From NCBI GenBank assembly GCA_963803185.1, contig CAWDMF010000039.1:8337-72336 (forward strand): a stretch of 64,000 nucleotides of DNA, written 5' to 3'. This document shows positions 57,304-64,000 of the stretch, one piece after another. Numbering within the stretch: position 1 is the stretch's first letter; every line of letters starts with the position of its first letter. The stretch is from an uncultured Gammaproteobacteria bacterium (lineage in GTDB: Bacteria; Pseudomonadota; Gammaproteobacteria; SZUA-229). Made by a program: the position numbers and the translations under genes. The notes below the pieces were generated by a model that worked only from the letters and a program-made list of their open reading frames with translations, was not told where the DNA came from and ran no database searches.

Positions 57304-57700
57304 ATTTACCGAGTTAGAGTCAATTTGTTAGAAGAATTGATTGTCAGCCACTGGATGCTTTAAATTGACTTCGATCTCATTCCAGAATTATATAACCAGA
57401 CAATAGTTGTATTTTTGTATAGTTTTAAAAATCAGAGAATAAGCGTGGCCAACCGCTTAGATCCTGGTTTGATAGTTTATGCAACCAGTTTTCTACCAGT
57501 ATCTGTTTGTTGTTGTTCGTTGCTGCATAAACCACCTGCAGCTGCTGTAGAGTCATCAGGCTATTCTTAACATCGCCTAATTGATGGTGAATAATAAAGC
57601 GCAAGAGAAACTTAAAGCTACTAATTAAGTCGGTTATGTTAAGGCTGGTTTAAATGACTAGATTTGATCATAGCTATCTTGACTATTATTCGCCATAGTT

Positions 57701-57809
57701 GCTATTAAAAATAGTCAAAAATGCGGCGGCACGAACTGGCAAACTTTTTTACTTTGTGTAAACTGCACTTTTTATGCCTATGCTAGTGTTAATGCTGACC
57801 TTGCCTTGA
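57701..57809. repeat. Degenerate body of the 46103/47049 element
   Basis: AAAATGCGGCGGCACGAACTGGCAAACTT...TGTAAACTGCACTTTTTA...TTGCCTTG. Confidence 0.65.
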
Positions 57810-57886
57810 CAAAAAAATACACTTGTATAGAGGTCTCAGTTTGATATCACGTACCAGCTTGGCACAAAAAAGCGCATAATTATCAT

Positions 57887-58996
57887 ATGTTGAAAACGCT
57901 TCACAAATGGATGTTGATTACATTACTACTGATACTTTCCTGTAGTCAGATAGCACATGCCCAAAAGAAGCTATATCAATCTGATGGTAAGCTGCCGTTT
58001 GTCGAGATGATGATGAATATGATGTCGGCAATGGGGATTATAGATAAGTTGCCTGCCAATGGTGCCTACGGTGGTTACGGGCAATCCGGTTTGTCTAACC
58101 CGTATGCTCGGGCACTGGCAATGCGGGGCATGTCGCCCGGCTTGCTCAATTCCGGCTATGGCAATAATCCTTTTATGCGTTCTCCGTGGTTGCAAACACC
58201 CTGGTCTTCATCCGCCCTGAACGGTTCAAATTTGAATACTGCAAGCCCTATCTGGGGCACTCCGGACTGGGGTGTTTTGCCATTAGATAATTTTGCGTCA
58301 AATTATTATTCAAGGTATAACCCGTATGGCTCTTCATTGCCATGGTCTACATCCGATTTAGATGGCTGGGTTAATGAAACCTGGGAAACATCGTTATGGA
58401 ATCCCCGGTCTGAAAGACCCGTGCAGGCAGAACCTCAGTCGAAGCAGCCGAAGGTACCGCTGGTGCAAAATTTCAACTATAACGTGCCAGACAATCCAGC
58501 GGCTAACGCGCAACATCAAACGCGCCAGAGAAGCAGTAAGCAATCTCCATTGTCAAACCTGGCTCCACCGAACAGGCCGCCGGGGAGGCAGCAGGCGCAG
58601 CAACCTGCCCAGGCAACGGCTTCGCAACAAAGAAAACAATCGCCTTTGCATAAAAAAAATGAGCTGAATATCAGGCAAAAACCCTGTGTTACTGATTTTT
58701 GTGGTTTAAAAAAGCCCGACTTAAATGGTTTGTGGGTGGCTGAAAATGGTGAAATGCTGGGGGTGAAAAATAAACGCTATTTATGGAGTGACAGCAACGA
58801 ACGTTATTTAACCGGTGAACTTCTGATAGAGAACGAATATTTACTGACCAGTGTTGATGGTCATGAGAAGATAATGCGTTTTAAATATAAGTTCGCAGGC
58901 AATCATTTGTTAACCATGACACCTGATGGGACCATTCGTGAATTTGTTAGAATACCTGTTCAGAGTATTCGTAATCAATATTACGGTCAATGGTAA
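57887..58996 (+). CDS. Hypothetical secreted protein with Trp/Pro/Gln-rich low-complexity linker
   Basis: Signal peptide ending AHA; 369-aa ORF; C-terminal LNGLW...GE.L beta domain. Confidence 0.7.
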   Translation: MLKTLHKWMLITLLLILSCSQIAHAQKKLYQSDGKLPFVEMMMNMMSAMGIIDKLPANGAYGGYGQSGLSNPYARALAMRGMSPGLLNSGYGNNPFMRSPWLQTPWSSSALNGSNLNTASPIWGTPDWGVLPLDNFASNYYSRYNPYGSSLPWSTSDLDGWVNETWETSLWNPRSERPVQAEPQSKQPKVPLVQNFNYNVPDNPAANAQHQTRQRSSKQSPLSNLAPPNRPPGRQQAQQPAQATASQQRKQSPLHKKNELNIRQKPCVTDFCGLKKPDLNGLWVAENGEMLGVKNKRYLWSDSNERYLTGELLIENEYLLTSVDGHEKIMRFKYKFAGNHLLTMTPDGTIREFVRIPVQSIRNQYYGQW

Positions 58997-59358
58997 AAGA
59001 AAGTTGTCAGTTTAAAGAAGTTATAAGTTGGCAGTTATCAGTTAAAAACGCACTGGAATCGTTCCTCGGCAATTGCTCCATGCATTGCCCTACTAAGTGA
59101 CATCCATGTCACGAAGACGATTCTCAGCATACGACCCACATGGATGTGGGGAGTGCGGAAAATGCAGGAGCAATTTTCAGTCACGCCATCTGTGGAGATA
59201 AAAACTGCTTGAGAAGATTTATGTGATTTTAAATAACGCAACGCAACTGCCAACTGCCAACTGCCAACTGCCAACTGCCAACTGCCAACTGCCAACTGCT
59301 GAGCAAACTCAACTGCCAACTGCCAACTGCCAACTGCCAACTGCCAACTTTCTTTTAC
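58993..59358. mobile_element. Heptamer-based palindromic element filling a convergent intergenic gap
   Basis: GTAAAAGAAAGTTG / CAACTTTCTTTTAC termini include both flanking TAA stops; contains two GGA modules and the (CAACTGC)n tract. Confidence 0.72.
59244..59349. repeat. Tandem heptamer repeat (CAACTGC)8 + (CAACTGC)5
   Basis: Counted directly; 10-bp interruption at 59300-59309. Confidence 0.95.
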
Positions 59359-59776
59359 GTTTCAAGTATCAAATTGACTTCCTGCATACCATTCTGTTGT
59401 TGAGTATAAGCCCGCATTTCCAGTACCCCTTTGGTATTAAGAGAAATAATGATGTAAAAAACATCTTTATAGCTGTTTTCATCAATATCCAGCTGAGAGG
59501 GTGTTGCATTTGTGGTCGGGTGTGAATGCACGATAGCAAACAATTGTTGCTGTTTGTCGCGCATTTGTTTCATGGCACTTATCTGTTGCGTGGCATCCAT
59601 TAAAAATCGACAGCCGGGATCATTTGAAATATTGTCGACTGGGTAATAATCTTTATGCTCGGATGTACTGTTACCAATCAAGCCGCACACTTCTATCTCT
59701 GGATTTTTCTGTGCATGCGCCAGAATTTTGTTTACCAGTGGGCGAGGGAGATACAGTGTGATTTTTTTTGTGACAT
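59355..59776 (-). CDS. JAB/MPN+ (M67 family) metallopeptidase; frameshift in A-run near 59765
   Basis: EVCGLI, HSHP...PSQLD JAMM motif; natural ATG at 59776 is one base out of frame. Confidence 0.85.
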
Positions 59777-59805
59777 AATTTATGCGTAGATCTTAGTAAA
59801 AAGAT

Positions 59806-59890
59806 ATAAGTTATAAGTTGGTAGTCGTCAGTTATTAGTAAAAACTTTTGAAAAGTACATGTATTTTTTTATTACTTATAACTGCCAACT
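59806..59890. repeat. Short heptamer-based inverted repeat
   Basis: AGTTATAAGTTGGTAG ... CTTATAACTGCCAACT. Confidence 0.6.
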
Positions 59891-59891
59891 T

Positions 59892-60653
59892 TTACTTACA
59901 CACCGGACAGTTCGGGTCTTTGTTCAGTTTCATGGTTCGCCATTGCATGGCGAGTGCATCAAAAAGTAACAGGCGATTTTGCAGTGTTTCGCCAATCATA
60001 CAAATTAATTTTATCGCTTCCAGCGCCTGCATACTACCCAGTATACCAACTACGGGTGCGAGGATACCGTTATCGCTGCAGTTTGTGTTTTCTTCACCGC
60101 CTTCTGCATACAGGCAGGCATAACATGCACTGTTTTTTAGTCGGTTATCAAACACACTTATTTGTCCCTGGTATTGAATTGCTGCTGCTGAAACCAGAGC
60201 GACCTGTTGCGAAACACAGGCGCGGTTAATGAGGAAACGTGTTTCAAAATTATCGGTGGCGTCAATTACGCAACTTGCATTTTTAAACAGGGCTTCAAGT
60301 TCATCCAGTGTTAATTGTTTGCTAACACAATGGATGCGGGTTTCAGGATTAATTTTTAGTAATGTATTTTTAGCGGAGTTTGTTTTGCTATCACCAATGC
60401 TGTCGATATTATGCACAATCTGGCGTTGCAAATTACTGTTATCAACGGTATCGAAATCGACCAGTGTTAAAGTGCCAACACCGGCGGCAGTTAGATACAT
60501 CGCTGCAGAACTGCCCAAACCACCGATACCCATAATAATCACATGTGCATTGTGCAGCTGCTGTTGGCCTTCAATACCAAAATGCGGCAGCATAATCTGA
60601 CGACTGTAGTGTAATAGTTGCTCGTCGTTAAATGTGATTTCGATATCTGACAT
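59892..60653 (-). CDS. moeB: MoeB/ThiF family adenylyltransferase
   Basis: YSRQIML, GIGGLGS, SNLQRQ, DATDN, CYAC and CPVC Zn sites. Confidence 0.88.
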   Translation of the reverse strand: MSDIEITFNDEQLLHYSRQIMLPHFGIEGQQQLHNAHVIIMGIGGLGSSAAMYLTAAGVGTLTLVDFDTVDNSNLQRQIVHNIDSIGDSKTNSAKNTLLKINPETRIHCVSKQLTLDELEALFKNASCVIDATDNFETRFLINRACVSQQVALVSAAAIQYQGQISVFDNRLKNSACYACLYAEGGEENTNCSDNGILAPVVGILGSMQALEAIKLICMIGETLQNRLLLFDALAMQWRTMKLNKDPNCPVCK

Positions 60654-60654
60654 A

Positions 60655-61575
60655 TTAAAAGATAGTTGGCAGTTGGCAGTTATCAGTATAAAGCAGAAAA
60701 TTATTTTTTAAACTGCAAACTGCAAACTGACAACTTAAAACTTTTTTCTTCCCTGCTGTCATTCTAGTGTGTCCGGACAAATCCTGTTTCTGTTCAATCT
60801 GTGTATAGCCGTTATTAGCAAAACAATCAGACACCAGTCGTTTTTGATTATAACCGTGTTCAACAATTAACCATGCGTTCTTTTTTAGATGGTTTTTTGC
60901 ATGCAGGCATAAATGCTCTATATCATCCATGCCGGTTTTGCCAGCACTTAGCGCGCTTTGTGGCTCAAAACGTACATCACCAGTTAGCAAGTGAGGATCG
61001 TCGTTTGCAATGTAAGGCGGGTTGCTGACGATAATATCAAAATCGTTATCATTTATATTATTAAACCAGTTGCTTTGTACAAATGAGATATTACTTGTTT
61101 GGTGGCTGTTGCTGTTGTTTCTGGCTAGTTTCAGGGCATCAGCAGATAGTTCACTGGCAAATATATTCCACCCCGGCTTTTCGGTTGCGACTGTGATGGC
61201 GATAGCACCCGTGCCTGTGCCCATGTCGAGTAGTTTAATATTTTCCCTGTCGCTGAATTTGTCCAGTATAAATTCAATTAGTGTTTCGGTTTCTGGTCGT
61301 GGAATTAAGGTACTGTCATTAACCGAAAAATTCAATGACCAGAATTCTCGTAAACCGGTTAAATGTGCAACAGGTAAGCCCTTTTTTCGTTGCTCTACCA
61401 GTAGCTGGTATTGTGATGTCTGTTCTTCACTGAGATCTTTTTCAGGCCAGGCCGCCAGATGTGCGGTATTGCATTGAAGAATATGTGTCAATAATACCTG
61501 AGCATCTATGGTTGCAGATGAGCTTGTCTCAGACAGTGACTGACAGGCTAGCTGAAGTGCTTGCTGGATATTCAT
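60655..61575 (-). CDS. prmC: Release factor glutamine methyltransferase
   Basis: LIPRPETE, DMGTGTG, VSNPPY, EHGYNQ; C-terminus extends into repeat DNA. Confidence 0.95.
   Translation of the reverse strand: MNIQQALQLACQSLSETSSSATIDAQVLLTHILQCNTAHLAAWPEKDLSEEQTSQYQLLVEQRKKGLPVAHLTGLREFWSLNFSVNDSTLIPRPETETLIEFILDKFSDRENIKLLDMGTGTGAIAITVATEKPGWNIFASELSADALKLARNNSNSHQTSNISFVQSNWFNNINDNDFDIIVSNPPYIANDDPHLLTGDVRFEPQSALSAGKTGMDDIEHLCLHAKNHLKKNAWLIVEHGYNQKRLVSDCFANNGYTQIEQKQDLSGHTRMTAGKKKVLSCQFAVCSLKNNFLLYTDNCQLPTIF
60663..60735. repeat. Heptamer-based inverted repeat inside the prmC 3' end
   Basis: AGTTGGCAGTTGGCAGTT ... AAACTGCAAACTGCAAACTGACAACT. Confidence 0.7.
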
Positions 61576-61620
61576 CAGGGACTATGGTCAGAATCATTCA
61601 TATAAAGTGCTGAGTGTGTA

Positions 61621-62706
61621 TCATTCGCCAGACAGGCTGGCCAGTTGTTCTGCCTGATATTCATTGATCAATGGTTTGATGACCTGGTTTAGTTCACCCT
61701 GAATAATTTCATCTAATTTATATAAGGTGAGATTGATGCGATGGTCGGTAACGCGACCTTGTGGGTAGTTATAAGTGCGAATGCGCTCGGAGCGGTCGCC
61801 ACTGCCGACCAGGCTTTTTCTTGTTTGCGCCTGTTCAGCCTGTTGTTTTTCGATTTTTGCGTTCATGATGCGCGACGCCAACAATGACATCGCGCGTGCT
61901 TTATTTTTATGTTGTGAGCGTTCGTCCTGGCATTCAACCACGGTACCGGTTGGAATATGTGTGAGGCGCACAGCAGAATCTGTTTTGTTCACGTGCTGGC
62001 CACCAGCGCCCGAGGCACGGTAGGTGTCAACGCGTAGATCAGAAGGATTGATTTCTATCTGCTCAATATCAGCGACTTCGGGCAGTATCGCAACGGTAGC
62101 TGCAGAGGTGTGTACACGGCCCTGTGATTCAGTTTCGGGTACACGTTGTACGCGATGCGCGCCAGATTCAAACTTTAACTGTGAATAAGCGCCATTGCCA
62201 ATAATTCGCGCAACGATTTCCCGGTAACCGCCATGCTCGCCCAGGTTTTGATTAATAATTTCAATCTGCCAGCGTTTTAACTCGGCAAAACGGCTATACA
62301 TACGGAACAGGTCGCCGGCAAATATAGCCGCTTCATCACCACCGGTACCGGCACGAATTTCAAGAAAGATATTGCTGTCATCATAGGGGTCTTTGGGTAA
62401 CAATATTTTTTGCAGTTCAAGTTCAAGTGACTCTGTTTTTTCCTGGGCTTCCTTTTTTTCTTCTAAAGCCATATCGCGAACGTCAGCATCATCATCCTTT
62501 AGCATGTCTTCAGCGGCTGCTAAATCAACTTTTGCTGAGTTGTAATCTTGAAAGCAGGTAACCACAGGTTCCAGCTGTGCGTATTCCTGTGATAACTCAC
62601 GAAACTGATTTTGATCGCTGATAACACCAGGCTCAGCAAGCAGCCCGGCGATCTCTTCATGTCGGTCGAGCAGAGTATGCAGTTTATTAAGTATGGATTC
62701 TTTCAT
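61621..62706 (-). CDS. prfA: Peptide chain release factor 1
   Basis: GGQ motif, PET anticodon loop, [15 protein letters not shown]. Confidence 0.97.
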   Translation of the reverse strand: MKESILNKLHTLLDRHEEIAGLLAEPGVISDQNQFRELSQEYAQLEPVVTCFQDYNSAKVDLAAAEDMLKDDDADVRDMALEEKKEAQEKTESLELELQKILLPKDPYDDSNIFLEIRAGTGGDEAAIFAGDLFRMYSRFAELKRWQIEIINQNLGEHGGYREIVARIIGNGAYSQLKFESGAHRVQRVPETESQGRVHTSAATVAILPEVADIEQIEINPSDLRVDTYRASGAGGQHVNKTDSAVRLTHIPTGTVVECQDERSQHKNKARAMSLLASRIMNAKIEKQQAEQAQTRKSLVGSGDRSERIRTYNYPQGRVTDHRINLTLYKLDEIIQGELNQVIKPLINEYQAEQLASLSGE

Positions 62707-63971
62707 TTTTTATCATCAGTCTCGTTATTTAAAAACAGATTTTGCGCGATATCTAAAATATGATCGCGGTTATCCTGGCTTGCCTGGCGCAATTGTGTGC
62801 TGGGCTGATGCAAAAATTTATTGGTTAAGGTGTTGGCAAGAAATTCAAGTACTTGTTCTGCATCCTGACCCGCTGCCAACTGCTTCTTTGCCTTGCTTAA
62901 AACTTCATTACTGAGGTTTTGTGTGTGTTGCCTGATTTGTGCGATTACATCGACTGCGCCCAGTGAGCGTTGCCAGTTTAAAAAATGGCTGACCTGGGTA
63001 TCAATGATTTCACGTGCCTGCTCGGCGGCCTGCAGACGACTTTCCATGTTCTCATTGATCACCGATTGCAGATCATCCACACTGTATAAATAGATGTCAT
63101 CCAGTTCGCTGACCTCCGGTTCTATATCGCGCGGTACGGCCAGATCAACCATGAAAATAGGTTCATGTCTGCGCTGTTTTAATGCGCGTTCAACAGTGCC
63201 TTTGCCGATAATGGGTAGTGGGCTGGCGGTTGAAGAAATGACGATGTCGCTGCGGTGCAAATGAGTGGCAATGTGTTGCAGGCTAATGGCCTCAGCAGCA
63301 AATTCATCGGCCAGTTTTTGCGCGCGCTCGATACTGCGATTGGCAATGATGATTTTTTTCACGCCCTGTGAGTGTAAATGACGCGTTGTCAGTTCAATGG
63401 TTTCTCCAGCGCCAACCAGTAAAACGGTGGTCTCTTTAAGATCACCAAAAATTTGTTTGGCAAGGCTGACCGCGGCAAAAGCCACGGATACTGGACTGGA
63501 GCCAATGCCTGTGTCGGTGCGAACCTGTTTGGATACGGCAAACACACGCTGATAAAGTTTGCCAAGTAGCTGACCGAGAGTGCCACTCTCATTTGCCCGC
63601 GCATAAGCCTCTTTCATTTGTCCGGCAATTTGTGGTTCACCCAGCACCATGGAGTCCAGGCCGCAGGCAACTTCCATGGCATGACGAATGGTTTCTTCGT
63701 GTGCGTATAGATAAAGGTGCTCTCTAATCAGTTTTTCGTCAAGCCCGTGAAATTGACTGAACCATCGAATAATAGCCTGGTCGTTATTAGTAGTGGTAAC
63801 GCAATAAATTTCGGTGCGATTACAGGTTGATAAGATAGCAGCTTCTTCCACATGTTTAAGATTCTTCAGGCTAGACAACGCTTCCGGTAAAGATTGCGGC
63901 GTAAACGCAAGCCGCTCGCGCAAATCAAGCGGCGCGGTTTTGTGATTGATACCAAGTGTAATCAAAGACAT
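62703..63971 (-). CDS. hemA: Glutamyl-tRNA reductase
   Basis: [38 protein letters not shown]. Confidence 0.97.
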   Translation of the reverse strand: MSLITLGINHKTAPLDLRERLAFTPQSLPEALSSLKNLKHVEEAAILSTCNRTEIYCVTTTNNDQAIIRWFSQFHGLDEKLIREHLYLYAHEETIRHAMEVACGLDSMVLGEPQIAGQMKEAYARANESGTLGQLLGKLYQRVFAVSKQVRTDTGIGSSPVSVAFAAVSLAKQIFGDLKETTVLLVGAGETIELTTRHLHSQGVKKIIIANRSIERAQKLADEFAAEAISLQHIATHLHRSDIVISSTASPLPIIGKGTVERALKQRRHEPIFMVDLAVPRDIEPEVSELDDIYLYSVDDLQSVINENMESRLQAAEQAREIIDTQVSHFLNWQRSLGAVDVIAQIRQHTQNLSNEVLSKAKKQLAAGQDAEQVLEFLANTLTNKFLHQPSTQLRQASQDNRDHILDIAQNLFLNNETDDKK

Positions 63972-64000
63972 AGATGAAAGTGGGATAGTGTTATTCTGGG

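Noticed and set aside
57860-57877. Sigma-54 promoter TGGCAC...GC
   Set aside because: GG to GC spacing is 9 or 11 nt, not the required 10.
59038-59525. ORFs with repeating AVGSWQL / LPTANCQ peptides
   Set aside because: These are translations of the CAACTGC tract, which has no stop codons.

Overview
64 kb of gammaproteobacterial chromosome (taxon inferred from gene content, including gatCAB, kdkA, cyaY and rep), mostly housekeeping. It contains an LPS/sugar-nucleotide cluster (GT4, GT2, UDP-glucuronate decarboxylase, ugd, LTA-synthase-like, kdsB, GT9, kdkA, waaA, lpxL), pcm-rhodanese-tolC, thiC, trhP, rep, ompA-like, feoABC with a Fur box, an HD-GYP sensor, mreBCD, gatCAB, cyaY and hemA-prfA-prmC-moeB-JAB. 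No rRNA, tRNA, CRISPR array or transposase gene was seen. At least seven conserved genes carry small frameshifts, most likely sequencing or assembly errors. The unexplained signal is intergenic: many spacers hold short palindromic elements of several families, nested inside one another. Some have apparent target-site duplications, some supply stop codons, and many carry hairpins with GGA loops matching the CsrA/RsmA binding consensus. Other notable items are a cas1 remnant without an array, a TGGGA-N6-TCCCA palindrome repeated in an EAL-DUF6502-DUF5666-EAL cassette, an uncharacterised TPP-enzyme/glycosyltransferase-like/sulfotransferase-like operon, and a LexA-type peptidase lacking its HTH. 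All calls are by eye from motifs; no searches were run.
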